From: an uncultured delta proteobacterium
GTDB lineage: Bacteria > Desulfobacterota > WTBG01 > CAIYCZ01 > CAIRTM01
DNA length: 64,000 nucleotides
Assembly: GCA_963804955.1 (NCBI GenBank)
Contig: CAWDSQ010000026.1
Span: forward strand, 1 to 64,000
Reading direction: 5' to 3'
Of the stretch, positions 22,695-33,039 are shown one piece after another. Position 1 is the stretch's first letter; each line of letters starts with the position of its first letter. A model generated the notes under the pieces. It saw only the letters and a list, made by a program, of their open reading frames with translations, was not told the origin of the DNA and made no database searches. A program made the position numbers and the translations under genes.

Positions 22695-22938
22695 AATTCA
22701 GGAGTCAGGAGTCAGAATCCAGAATTCAGCAGGGACAAAAAAGTTCGAAGAAAAAATTGAGATCGTAGGGGCAGGTTTAAACCTGCCCTGAATTTGAAAA
22801 AAGGCATCAGAAGTCGGCATAAAAAACAGCGGAGCGTTTCAGGAGAGAATTTTCATTGTTCGAATAAAACAGCAAACTTCTGGAAGCCTATATGTCTTCA
22901 ACAATTCTGGATTCTCGACTGCTGAATTCTGAATTCTT
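22693..22938. repeat. Heptamer-repeat-flanked element containing a GTAG REP-like palindrome
   Basis: AGAATTCAGGAGTCAGGAGTCAG ... CTGAATTCTGAATTCT, with internal GTAGGGGCAGGTTTAAACCTGCCC at ~22765. Confidence 0.7.
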
Positions 22939-22956
22939 TTTTAAAGAACCTTACTC

Positions 22957-24187
22957 ATGATCAACATACCCGTCACCATCAGAATATCCCTCCGGGCGCT
23001 GCGTGCCAACAAAATGCGCTCGGCCCTGACCATGCTCGGCATCGTTATCGGCGTCGGCGCCGTGATCGCCATGCTTGCCATCGGCGCCGGCGCCCGCGAG
23101 CGCGTATCGGACGAAATCGACAGCATGGGCAGCAACCTGCTCATCGTCTTCTCCGGCTCAACGTCCTCGGGCGGCGCGCGCATGGGCGCAGGGTCTGACC
23201 CCACCATCACGCTGCAGGATGCCGAGGCGATCAAGCGGGAATGCCCTGCCGTGTTCGACGTCGGGCCCTCGCACAGCGGCACGGCGCAGATTGTGTACGG
23301 CAACCAGAACTGGTCAACCATAGTGATCGGCACCACGCCGAGCCTGCTGGATATACGCGAGTGGCAGATCGCTGAAGGCAGGCCCCTGACCGAGCAGGAT
23401 GACCGCAGCATTTCAAAAGTCTGCGTCCTGGGAAAAACAGTTGTCGACAACCTGTTCGGCGGCATCGACCCCGTGGGCAAAGTCGTGCGCATAAAAAAAG
23501 TGCCCTTCACGGTCATCGGCGTGCTGGGCAGCAAAGGCCAGACCATGATGGGCCAGGACCAGGACGACATCATCTATGTGCCCATTTCAACAGCGCAGAA
23601 AAAGCTGTTTCGGCCGGCATTTGCCCGGCATGATACAGTTCATGATGATCAAAGCCCGCAGCGTTGAAGAGCTCGACAGCGCAGAGCAGCAGATCAATGA
23701 TCTTTTGCGGCAGCGGCACCGCATCGGCCCGCTTCAGGAAAATGATTTCACCGTCAAAAACCTCACGCAGATGATGCAGACCGCTGTCAATATCGCCCGC
23801 ATCATGACGCTGCTGCTCGGGGCCATCGCCTCCATTTCTCTTCTTGTCGGCGGCATCGGCATCATGAACATCATGCTCGTGTCGGTGACCGAGCGCACGC
23901 GCGAAATCGGCATCCGCATTGCCGTCGGCGCAAAAACATGGGATATACGGCTGCAGTTCATCATCGAGGCTGTCACGCTCTCGCTTATCGGCGGCGGTAT
24001 CGGCATCATCTTCGGCCAGTCAGGCTCCATAGCAGTTGCGAAGCTGGCCGGATTGCCGGTTATCATCTCACCTCTTTCAATTGCCATGGCTTTCGGGTTT
24101 TCCGCGGCTGTCGGCGTTTTTTTCGGGTTTTATCCGGCATACAAGGCTTCGCTCTTGAATCCCATCGACGCTTTGCGGTATGAATAA
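22957..24187 (+). CDS. MacB-like ABC transporter permease (frameshifted)
   Basis: RSALTMLGIVIG, GGIGIMNIMLVSVTERTREIG and LNPIDALRYE motifs. Confidence 0.92.
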
Positions 24188-24202
24188 CCTGTATAGATAC
24201 AA

Positions 24203-24238
24203 CAAAAAAAGGGGAAGGCTCGAGAGCCCTCCCCTTTC
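24203..24238. terminator. Terminator between the convergent permease and ilvD
   Basis: AAAAAAAAGGGGAAGGCTC...GAGCCCTCCCCTTT. Confidence 0.7.
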
Positions 24239-24256
24239 GTATTCCTGCTGGAAATT

Positions 24257-25918
24257 TCAATCCTTAAATACCGCGCCAGTGCTGGCAGAGGTTACCATCT
24301 GTGAGTAGCGGTAGGCATAGCCTTTTGTGATTTTGGGCTTGGGGGCCTTCCATCTGGCGCGGCGCTCGGCAAGCACCTTGTCATCCACCTTCAGGCTGAT
24401 GCTCCGGGCCGGGATATCGATTTCGATCACGTCGCCGTCTTCCACAAGGCCGATGGTGCCGCCTTCGGCTGCCTCGGGAGACACATGGCCGATGGCCGCC
24501 CCGCGCGTGCCGCCGCTGAACCGGCCGTCGGTAATGAGCGACACGGCCTTATCAAGGCCCATGCCTGCTATGGTCGAGGTGGGGGTGAGCATCTCGCGCA
24601 TGCCCGGCCCGCCTTTGGGCCCTTCATAGCGTATGACCACCACATTGCCCGCCTTGATCTGTCCGCCGAGAATGGCGGCAACGGCATCTTCCTCGGAATT
24701 AAAGACCCGTGCCGTGCCTTTGCTCTTGAGCATTTCATCGGCCACGGCAGACTGCTTCACCACGGCGCCGTCCGGGGCAAGATTGCCGCGAAGGATAGCA
24801 ATGCCGCCCTGTTTGTGATGGGGTTTATCAAGGGGCATAATGACATCATAATTCTTAACCGATGCCAGCTTCAGGCTTTCAGCCAGAGGCGCGCCCGTTG
24901 CCGTCATAACGCTTTCATCGATGAGGCCCGCCTTTGACAGCTCTTTCATGACGCCCATGATACCGCCGGCAAGATCAAGGTCCTGAATATGCACCGGGCC
25001 GGCAGGCGAGAGCGAGCAGAGATGGGGCGTCTTTGCGCTCACCTCATTGAAGGTGTCAAGGCTCAGCTCTATCTCCGCCTCATGGGCAAGGGCGGGCACA
25101 TGCAGCACCGTATTTGTGGAGCAGCCCAGTGCCATATCAACGGCCATGGCATTGCGAAAAGCCGCAGGCGTTGCAATGTCGCGCGGCTTAATATCTTTTT
25201 CCACAAGCTCCATAACCTTCATGCCCGCTTTCTTGGCAAGGCGAACGCGAGCGGCATGCACTGCCGGGATGGTGCCGTTGCCGGGAAGTCCGAGGCCCAG
25301 GGCCTCGCTCAGGCAGTTCATGGAATTTGCCGTAAACATGCCGGCGCAGGAGCCGCAGCCAGGGCAGGCATTGTCTTCAAGCTCCTTGAGCTCATCTTCG
25401 GTGATTTTGCCCGCCTTCACCCCGCCTACGCCTTCAAACACGGTGATGAGGTCAACCTCGCGGTTGCCCACGCGGCCTGCCAGCATGGGCCCGCCGCTTA
25501 CCACCACGGCAGGAATATTGAGACGCAGCGCTGCCATGAGCATGCCGGGGATGATCTTGTCACAATTGGGAATCAGCACCAGGCCGTCAAATGGATGGGC
25601 CGTGGCCATAACCTCGACGGAATCGGCGATCAGCTCGCGGCTGGCAAGGGAATACTTCATGCCTTCATGGTTCATGGCAATGCCGTCGCAGACGCCGATG
25701 GTGGGAAACTCAACGGGCGTGCCGCCTGCCATGCGAATACCGGCCTTGACTGCATCGGCTATGATATCCAGATGAATATGGCCCGGAATGATCTCATTCT
25801 TTGAATTCACCACGCCTATCAGAGGCCGGCTGATTTCCTCGTCGGTATAGCCCATTGCCTTGAACAGCGAGCGGTGCGGCGCCTTCTCAAGGCCCTTTTT
25901 CATTTTGTCGCTTCTCAT
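24257..25918 (-). CDS. ilvD: Dihydroxy-acid dehydratase
   Basis: [50 protein letters not shown] and LITDGRFSG motifs. Confidence 0.97.
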   Translation of the reverse strand: MRSDKMKKGLEKAPHRSLFKAMGYTDEEISRPLIGVVNSKNEIIPGHIHLDIIADAVKAGIRMAGGTPVEFPTIGVCDGIAMNHEGMKYSLASRELIADSVEVMATAHPFDGLVLIPNCDKIIPGMLMAALRLNIPAVVVSGGPMLAGRVGNREVDLITVFEGVGGVKAGKITEDELKELEDNACPGCGSCAGMFTANSMNCLSEALGLGLPGNGTIPAVHAARVRLAKKAGMKVMELVEKDIKPRDIATPAAFRNAMAVDMALGCSTNTVLHVPALAHEAEIELSLDTFNEVSAKTPHLCSLSPAGPVHIQDLDLAGGIMGVMKELSKAGLIDESVMTATGAPLAESLKLASVKNYDVIMPLDKPHHKQGGIAILRGNLAPDGAVVKQSAVADEMLKSKGTARVFNSEEDAVAAILGGQIKAGNVVVIRYEGPKGGPGMREMLTPTSTIAGMGLDKAVSLITDGRFSGGTRGAAIGHVSPEAAEGGTIGLVEDGDVIEIDIPARSISLKVDDKVLAERRARWKAPKPKITKGYAYRYSQMVTSASTGAVFKD

Positions 25919-26336
25919 AAAATCCTCCAAAATTAACAACGGTTGCCGTTTACAGATTGTTTATCATTGTTCAACACGGTTTTTTTTTCAACAAAATTCA
26001 GGCAGCCCGGCTAAACTCCCTGCAGCATGAAGTCGAATATGCGGGTCCCGTAAAAGTCAAACAAACTGCCATTCGAATCCGCTAGGCGGATGAGGAAATT
26101 TTCATAGCTCAAAATTTTGAGCCCGTACTAAAAACAGATTGCTCCACGCCTAAATAGCGAGGGCTAAAATTTTGAACTCCATTCGGTTGAATAGTTTAAT
26201 CATTAGGCTGAAGCAGCTAAAAGGTGCTAATTAATCGCCTGCCGGCCTGCTTTACGGCTTGTAGTTTGATTTTCAATAGTGCCGGCACACCATACATACT
26301 CACTCTATACAATTGCCGTATAACAAAGGGGCGACG

Positions 26337-27206
26337 ATGAAAACAAACAGCGTATTTTTAAAAAATCAGATCAGCAGCAAACGAAAGAGTCTGTCAGTAC
26401 GAACGGCTGCAGCGGTTCTGCTGCTCCTGCTGTGCGCAATTTTTACAGCCTGCAGCCGTGGCCCGTCAGATGAAGAGCTTCAGAAAAATATCACTGCCGC
26501 GCTTGATAATGATACGCAGCTAAAGGGGCAAAAACTGAACATAGCTGTCAAGGAAGGCGAATTGACTATTGCTGGTGAAGTTCCCACTGAGGCAGAACGC
26601 CTGAAGGCCTATAAAAAAGCTGCCGAGACCCCGGGGGTAAAAAAAGTCAATGACCGAATAAAGGTCACTCCGCCTCCCCGGGTGTATACCCTGCCCGCCG
26701 GAACCACGGTGCGGGTGGTCATGCTGAGCGGCGTCGATTCCAGCGTCAGCAGAGTTGGGGAGACCTTTCCATCCAGCCTCGTCTTCGCTTTGACCTCCGG
26801 CGATACGGTCATCATCCCCGAAGGAACCGAGGTAGTGGTTATGCTGTCGGAAGCTCATCAGGCAGGCCGTTTGAAAGGGGCAAGCCAGCTTGAAGTAACC
26901 TTGAAAAGCGTCACCTATCTTGGCACGACCTATGAGCTGTACAGCGAAACAGTGTCAGCCGTGGGCGAGTCTCGGGGAAATCAGTCAGCCAAGCGCATCG
27001 GCATTGCCACAGGTGTTGGTGCGGCCGTGGGAGCCGTTGTCGGCAAGGGCAAGGGTGCGCTTATCGGAGCCGGTATCGGAGCTGCGGGGTCGACAGCCTA
27101 CCAATTGGCGACCAAGGGGCCGTCAGTGCGGATTCCCGCACAGACCAAGCTCGATTTCAAGCTTCGGGACGCAGTAACCATTACACTGCCGCCGAAAGAA
27201 AACTAG
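26337..27206 (+). CDS. BON-domain lipoprotein with glycine-zipper C-terminus
   Basis: Lipobox FTAC, BON-like V..G..TIAGEV...PGVKKVNDRI, and GAAVGAVVG.GKGALIGAGIG. Confidence 0.8.
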   Translation: MKTNSVFLKNQISSKRKSLSVRTAAAVLLLLLCAIFTACSRGPSDEELQKNITAALDNDTQLKGQKLNIAVKEGELTIAGEVPTEAERLKAYKKAAETPGVKKVNDRIKVTPPPRVYTLPAGTTVRVVMLSGVDSSVSRVGETFPSSLVFALTSGDTVIIPEGTEVVVMLSEAHQAGRLKGASQLEVTLKSVTYLGTTYELYSETVSAVGESRGNQSAKRIGIATGVGAAVGAVVGKGKGALIGAGIGAAGSTAYQLATKGPSVRIPAQTKLDFKLRDAVTITLPPKEN

Positions 27207-27337
27207 GCTGGAAATAGTCTTTATTGATGTTATCCGAGGCTAAAATATAACGACAGGGCAACCGGCAGCGGCGGATAGAGCATTTAACAAATCACTGTAA
27301 CCATTATTCATGTATTGGCAAGCAACACAGACCTTAG

Positions 27338-27403
27338 TCATTCCGGCTTGTCCGGAATCATTTTTCAGCACACCAAAAGGGATTCCCGTCAAGCGGGAAT
27401 GAC
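27338..27403. repeat. GTCATTCC-type REP-like palindrome pair
   Basis: GTCATTCCGGCTTGTCCGGAATC ... GATTCCCGTCAAGCGGGAATGAC. A related copy lies at 60222-60244. Confidence 0.7.
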
Positions 27404-27521
27404 AAAAAATGCTTTCATACAGCTAACGCATGCAACTGTTTTCTGATTTTCGGTTGCAAGATTTAATGACATGCTCCTGTCCGGCCTGACTGCTGCAGCC
27501 GGAACTGCATCAGCCACAGTA

Positions 27522-27560
27522 CAAAAGAGGGAACCGGGCATGGCCCGATTCCCTCTTTTT
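27522..27560. terminator. Intrinsic terminator
   Basis: AAAAGAGGGAA.CGGGC..GCCCG.TTCCCTCTTTT. Confidence 0.75.
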
Positions 27561-27591
27561 ACATGATGCTGTCATGCCTTGTTCTATAAAA

Positions 27592-28428
27592 TCAAGGCAC
27601 GGTGAAAACAATCGAGGCATAACTGACCGTGTCGGTATAATCCTGCAGCAGGTCGCCCGAGGTATAATACGCCAGCTTTGTTCCCCGGGCTTCCGGGGGC
27701 AGCATCTGAAGCAGCACGGCAATGGGGCGGCTGCCGCAGATGGTTGCGCCGGTCTCATCCACATAACGCAGAAAGCCGCTCGTATCGCGGGCGATAATTT
27801 TTTTTATCGCATCGCCATCGAGCTTTGCAAGATTCTGCTTCAGCTTGTCGTGAAACGGCATATACCCGAACCGCGGCCCGTAATGCGTGAAATCGGAGCT
27901 TGCCACAACCACGGTCTCCTCATGCACATATTTCCTGAGCTCGGCTGCAGCAACGGCATAGTCATGCCTGCCAAGCTCGCCGACTACGAGGGGCACCAGG
28001 TCGAATTCACCCAGCACCACCTGCAGAAACGGCAGCTGCATCTCAAGGGAGTGCTCGGGCATCTCGGCATGCGAAGGGCCCTGAAACAAAGGCTGCCGGG
28101 CAAGGGCATCGCATATTTTCCGGTCAACGCGCACCTTCCCCAAAGGCGTCTCATAGGCTTCAACACCAGATACCGCCATGCCGTGCATGCAGGTGTAATG
28201 CGACGGGCCCATGAGAATGACGCGCTTTACCGTCTGGCCCTGCAGTGCCTTGTAGCCGCAGGCTGCAGCGCTGCCGGAAAACTGAATGCCGGCATGGGGT
28301 GAAATCAGGCCGCATGGCCTGCCATTGAGCTCCGGCAGCTGCGCGCCGGCCAGCAGTTCCTTGACCAGCTTTGTCAGCTCGGCACTGGTGCCGGGATACC
28401 ATGATCCTGCTATGGGTGATTTTCGCAT
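27592..28428 (-). CDS. amrB: AmmeMemoRadiSam system protein B (MEMO1 family)
   Basis: AGSWYP, SPHAG..FSG, GPSH, EHSLEMQLPFLQ, ASSDFTHYG and TICG motifs. Confidence 0.9.
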   Translation of the reverse strand: MRKSPIAGSWYPGTSAELTKLVKELLAGAQLPELNGRPCGLISPHAGIQFSGSAAACGYKALQGQTVKRVILMGPSHYTCMHGMAVSGVEAYETPLGKVRVDRKICDALARQPLFQGPSHAEMPEHSLEMQLPFLQVVLGEFDLVPLVVGELGRHDYAVAAAELRKYVHEETVVVASSDFTHYGPRFGYMPFHDKLKQNLAKLDGDAIKKIIARDTSGFLRYVDETGATICGSRPIAVLLQMLPPEARGTKLAYYTSGDLLQDYTDTVSYASIVFTVP

Positions 28429-28756
28429 GCAAACCTTTCCCCGCATCAGCTGTCAGGCTTTAGCGGTATAATCGAGATTGCCCCCATGCCTGTCCCGTAC
28501 CGAAGTCGTATTTTATTTTTTAGTATAGTTGCCGCGGAATATCAACTTTTTCTCATGCATGAAGTGTGATAGTCTCAAAATAAATTTCTGATTTTAGATT
28601 GGTTCTTTCCGGAATCTATTTAAATATATTTAAAAAGCTAACCACAGGGACACAGAGTGCCCAGAGAGAAGCTCCTGTAATTATTAATTAATTAAACAGG
28701 TTTGCTCTCAGCGACACTCATGCGGCTCTGCGGTGAAGACATGTTTAGACACGCTT

Positions 28757-30021
28757 ATGACAAAAGACACCCGAAATCCCTGGCTGTATGTGCCGACGCT
28801 CTATTTCGCCGAAGGCCTGCCCTATGTGCTCGTCAACACCGTTTCGGTCATCATGTACAAAAAAATGGGGCTTTCAAATGAGTTCATCGGTCTCACCAGC
28901 ATACTCTACCTGCCCTGGTTTCTCAAAATGGCATGGAGCCCTTTTGTCGATATCTACCGCACCAGGCGGGCCTGGATTATCGGCGCGCAGGCCATTCTGT
29001 GCGGCCTGCTGGCTCTGCTGGCACTCTCTGTTCCGACGCCGCTGTTCATTGGAGCCTCCCTTGCGCTGTTCATCCTCATGGCACTGGCCTCAGCCACCAA
29101 TGACATCGCAACCGACGGCTTTTACATGCTTGCCCTTGATAAAACAAAGCAGGCATTTTTTCTCGGCATTCGCTCGGCAGCCTACAGGCTCTCGCTGGTG
29201 TTCGGCTCCGGGCTGCTGGTGGTGCTAGCGGGTGTTATTGAAAGCCGCACCGGCAATATACCGCTCAGCTGGTCTGCGGTGCTGGCAGCAGCCGGCGCTG
29301 GTCTGCTGTGCTCTTGCCCTCTTTCACCGGCAGTATCTGCCGAAACCCGCAGCAGATGCCGCCGGCGCCGCAGCAGGAAGCAGCGGTTCAGGATTTACCG
29401 AAGCATTTAAAACCTATTTCATGCAGCCCCGCATAGCTGCCCGTCATAGGGTTCATTCTCCTGTATCGCCTGGGAGAGGCAATGCTTATAAAAATGGCCG
29501 CCCCTTTTCTGCTTGACCGCATCGATGCCGGAGGGCTCGGGCTTACGACTGAAACCGTGGGTATTGTTTATGGAACGGTGGGAATCATATGCCTGTCAGC
29601 CGGCGGTATCCTTGGCGGCTGGCTTATTGCACGGCTGGGCTTGAAGCGCATTATCTGGCCCATGGCCATCATCCTGAATGTGCCGCACCTGCTGTATGTG
29701 TATATGGCTATGGCCCGCCCGCCCCTTGCGGCGGTCTACCTTATGGTGGGAGTTGAACAGTTCTGCTATGGCCTGGGGTTCACTGCCATGGCGGTCTTTA
29801 TCATGTACAATGCCCGCGACCCGTACAAGACCTCGCATTTTGCCATCTCAACCGGGTTCATGGCCCTGGGGATGATGCTCCCCGGGATGATAAGCGGCAT
29901 GGTGCAGCAGGCGGTGGGGTATGTAAATTTCTTCATCATCGTGGTTGCCATGGCACTGCCGGGCATGGCACTTGTGCCCTTTATACCGCTTGACGACACA
30001 CGGGACCGCGGGGAAAAATAA
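28757..30021 (+). CDS. ampG: AmpG-like muropeptide MFS permease (frameshifted)
   Basis: TLYFAEGLP, LPW.LK..WSP.VD, SATNDIATDGFY, LYRLGEAML and KTSHFAISTGFMALG motifs. Confidence 0.85.
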
Positions 30022-30042
30022 AATTGGAGGAAAGATTTGTTT

Positions 30043-30695
30043 ATGAAAACTGTGATTAGAGTAATTCTCATAATCCATTCTGGCCTTAGGCACTAAAATA
30101 GCTTTTGACAAAATTATTTGGAAAGGTACTACCAAATCCCAAAGATTGAAAAATGCTGTAAATGAAGCTGTAGTAAGCAATTCTGCTGTTCAAAGCATGA
30201 CAAAAAAAATTTTCAATCCTGGCGAATTTTATTTATTAGTCCCTGACTCTAAAATTAATTATGAAACCACAAAAGAACAATATCTTGATTCTGTTTTGAT
30301 TCATCACACCTTTTCAATAAAAAATGACCTGAAAATAGCTATAATAAACAAATTATTGTGATTATGGCGTACAAGTTCCAGACGATTATAGGGCCAAGCT
30401 TCTTGATTTAATATTCAAGGATCAATCAGAAAGAAACGTTAATAAGAACTATTCGAAGTTATTGTATGGAAAAAAAACAGGTTTTGGAGCTGACGAATTT
30501 GTTTTCGAGCAGAACCAAAGCATCGGTGCTTTATTACTCTCGTCGTTACAGAAGTCAAATTATAGGACAAAACGCTTTACTCAATAAAAACTCAAAGTCC
30601 CAATAAAGAATTATGTGATCAAGTACAAAATTCTTTCGAAATTAAATAAGATTTTCGGCGAACCAAGGTCAGTATGCCGTTATTACACAAAAATC
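30043..30695 (+). pseudogene. AT-rich, frame-broken ORF (probable first gene cassette)
   Basis: RBS GGAGG and ATG at 30043, coding-like fragments (30146..30361), abrupt AT-rich composition, ending at an attC-like site. Confidence 0.4.
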
Positions 30696-30761
30696 ACATA
30701 ACGCCAGCACTGGACGTGGTTCCGTTGCGCTCCACCACGCCAGTGACCTTTAGCGTTGGGC
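30696..30761 (+). other. attC-like integron recombination site 1
   Basis: ACATAAC...GTTGGGC ends, with internal imperfect palindrome CACTGG(A)CGTGGT / ACCACGCCAGTG and AACGC/GCGTT pairing. 66 bp. Confidence 0.7.
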
Positions 30762-30775
30762 AATATAAAAAAATA

Positions 30776-31726
30776 ATGGAATGCATGAAAGTGGTTTTGT
30801 CATCTGCAGAAAGAGAAATTTTGGCTCGCTTACCAGGGCCTCCCGCGATAGCGACCATTCAGACTACTAACGTCTGGATCATTGAATGGCTAAATCATCA
30901 AGATCAGAAGACGGGCAGTCATCTTCACGATTGGATTCAAGCCCGACGACCAGGTTGGTCGGCATACATTTCTTGCACAAACAAAGCCGATGTCCTTGAC
31001 GCAATCTTTTGTGCTACCGCAAGAGCTCGACAATCCGGACTCATACCTTTGTTGCACCTTGAAGCGCATGGCAATGAATTCGGACTTGGAGGTCCAGACG
31101 GACATGGAGGAACTGAGCTACTTAGCTGGGAGGAGTTAACTAATCCTCTCCAGCAATTAAATTTTGAAACTGCATGTAACCTAGTTGTTTTTATTGCAGC
31201 TTGTATCGGTTTTTCCGGAATTAAGGCATTTAATAGAGGGCCGTATGCTCCGGCTGTAGCACTAGTGGGTCCAGTAGATCGGATTCTTGACGGCGATTTG
31301 CTAAAAGGCACAAAAGAATTCTATAGACGATACTGTGACGACAATCCGAAGCTTATTGATATGGTAGAGTGCGCATCTCGTGATGCAGGCGTGGTAGGGT
31401 TTGAGATAGAGCCATTTGCTATTTTAGCTTTTGAAGCAATGGTAGAAAGTCTCATTGTTTCTCTCCGCCCAGAAGAACGCAAACGAAGAACTGCGAGCTG
31501 CAAACAGCGTATGAGAAATTTGCAAATTTTTCCGGATTCCGAAATAGAACGTCGATTATCTATTCTTCCTGTAATACCTCGGCGGGAGGATTTACAAGCC
31601 GAATGGGATAGACTTTTTATGATCGATATTTGGCCTGAGAATCGTAAAAGGTTTGGAGTAGATATGATGGTAGTACGAAATTCTGTCTTGGCGGGTATGC
31701 ATTCAGACTTACTTGTAATACCATAG
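30776..31726 (+). CDS. Cassette-borne hypothetical protein with caspase/CHAT-like His-Cys dyad motifs
   Basis: LLHLEAHG and LVVFIAAC lie 45 residues apart. GC is lower than the host. The true start is likely downstream of attC1 rather than at 30674. Confidence 0.65.
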   Translation: MECMKVVLSSAEREILARLPGPPAIATIQTTNVWIIEWLNHQDQKTGSHLHDWIQARRPGWSAYISCTNKADVLDAIFCATARARQSGLIPLLHLEAHGNEFGLGGPDGHGGTELLSWEELTNPLQQLNFETACNLVVFIAACIGFSGIKAFNRGPYAPAVALVGPVDRILDGDLLKGTKEFYRRYCDDNPKLIDMVECASRDAGVVGFEIEPFAILAFEAMVESLIVSLRPEERKRRTASCKQRMRNLQIFPDSEIERRLSILPVIPRREDLQAEWDRLFMIDIWPENRKRFGVDMMVVRNSVLAGMHSDLLVIP

Positions 31727-31738
31727 ACAGAGAATGCA

Positions 31739-31795
31739 GCCCAACCATTAAATACACCCGACCTCCTTCGTAGACGGATAATTTTGGCGTTACAG
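31739..31795 (+). other. attC-like site 2 (degenerate)
   Basis: GCCCAAC (exact reverse complement of GTTGGGC at 30755) 12 bp after the stop, followed by CATTAAATACACCCG...CGGATAATTTTGGCGTTA. Confidence 0.6.
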
Positions 31796-31889
31796 CGGAT
31801 GGGCGTCATGCTCACGCCCCGAGCACACTAAGCCCCGCCTCCCCAACCCAAGCCCCTAACCCCTGAGCCCTGAACCCTCGCCCCCCCCC

Positions 31890-31925
31890 CTAACCCTGCC
31901 AGTGCTGCCGCGAGGCTGCCCACAG
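31890..31925 (-). repeat. Diverged relic of the radical SAM gene 3' end
   Basis: Reads LWAASRQHWQG* versus RWTSSRPHWQG* at 33040-33075. Both are followed by the same C-rich heptamer repeats. Confidence 0.75.
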
Positions 31926-32030
31926 GTTCACCCATTAAAGGACTAAAGGGGACAACAGCGCCCTTTATTGGTAGGCCTTCGGCGAAACAATGAAGAAAGC
32001 AGCGCCATGGTAAGTCTGCTGTCTTGCTTT

Positions 32031-32353
32031 TCACAGCAGCGATAGCAGAAACTGATTCATCGATACACCTGCTTCAGCGGATTTTATGGCAAGCTCACGA
32101 TGCTTCTCCGGCGGTATCCTCAGTGTAAGATGCCCTTGTATTTGCGCAGGCTCAATGGCGCCGGCACCGGCTCTTTTTCCTCCTGCATCCAGGCAATGGA
32201 GGCAGCCACCACGGCCCTGATTTCCTTTAGCGCCTTATCCGCTGTTTTTCCGTGAGCCCCGAGTGACGGGAACTCAAGACACCGGGCCACATGGCATTTG
32301 TCTTCATCAGACCATTCAATACGGTACGTGTATTTATCAATCACCGAGTTCAT
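32031..32353 (-). CDS. hicB: HicB family antitoxin (one frameshift)
   Basis: YTYRIEWSDED..HVARCLEFPSL.AHG and C-terminal LRIPPEKHRELAI..AEAGVSMNQ. Confidence 0.9.
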
Positions 32354-32586
32354 CAGGTTTCCTCCTGAAATTTTTTAATGGCTTTGAGCACGTCGCGAAC
32401 CTGATACGGCTTTGCCTTGCTGCCGTCACGCTGCAGGTTCAAGCGAGGGTCACCCTGCCACGGAGTTTTAAATATGTGGTGGCTGCCGCTTATACGCGGT
32501 TTTCCGAAATACCGCTGGCAGATTGTCAGCAGATCTGCAAAGCGCACATTATTTGGATTTGCCGGCAGTTTTGCCTCTTCTTTCAT
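32353..32586 (-). CDS. hicA: HicA family toxin
   Basis: NPNNVRFADL...GSHHIFKTPWQGDPRLNLQ....AKPYQVR, with a TGATG overlap onto hicB. Confidence 0.9.
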   Translation of the reverse strand: MKEEAKLPANPNNVRFADLLTICQRYFGKPRISGSHHIFKTPWQGDPRLNLQRDGSKAKPYQVRDVLKAIKKFQEET

Positions 32587-32595
32587 ATGGTAAAA

Positions 32596-32624
32596 ATGAT
32601 AGCATATGCGCTATCGGCTGTCAA
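32596..32624 (-). promoter_or_regulatory. Sigma70 promoter of hicAB with overlapping operator palindrome
   Basis: TTGACA-17 bp-TATCAT, with inverted repeat GATAGC-N6-GCTATC at 32598-32615. Confidence 0.8.
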
Positions 32625-32960
32625 CGGCCTGCGCAAGTGTAGCAGGCCGTTGAGTTTGTGAACTTCTTCATCATCGTTGCTGCCATGGCCCTGCCGGGCA
32701 TGGCCCTTGTGCCCTTTATTCCTTTAGTTTGTAGGGTGCGCCGCGCGCACCGGTAACGGCAGGTTATTGTGTTGTTATGCCTGCAGTCTGAAAACCCGGA
32801 TTGGCGATGGGGTTTTAAATTTAATTTTTGTTTGATTATCGGTGCGCACGGCGCACCCTACGGACTGCGCAAGTGTAGCAGGCCGTTGAGTTTGTGAACT
32901 TCTTCATTATCGTTGCTGCCATGGCCCTGCCGGGCATGGCCCTTGTGCCCTTTATTCCTT
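32625..32960 (+). repeat. Two ~100-bp direct repeats (diverged ampG 3' end) flanking a REP-like inverted pair
   Basis: Copies at 32625-32724 and 32861-32960 resemble 29895-29990. Between them lies GTAGGGTGCGCCGCGCGCACC ... GGTGCGCACGGCGCACCCTAC. Confidence 0.9.
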
Positions 32961-33039
32961 CAAAAAACTTAAGATATTCGCCTCGGCGGAACGCCCCACC
33001 CTGAACCCCGTCCCCCGATCCCTGACCCCTGCTCCCCCC

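Noticed and set aside
30674..30775. N-terminal 34 aa of ORF 30674..31726
   Set aside because: It reads through the attC-like palindrome, so the real start is more likely 30776 or 30785.
29895..32960. ampG 3' end and its copies as a DGR VR/TR pair
   Set aside because: Mismatches are not adenine-specific and are mostly synonymous, and there is no reverse transcriptase in the window.
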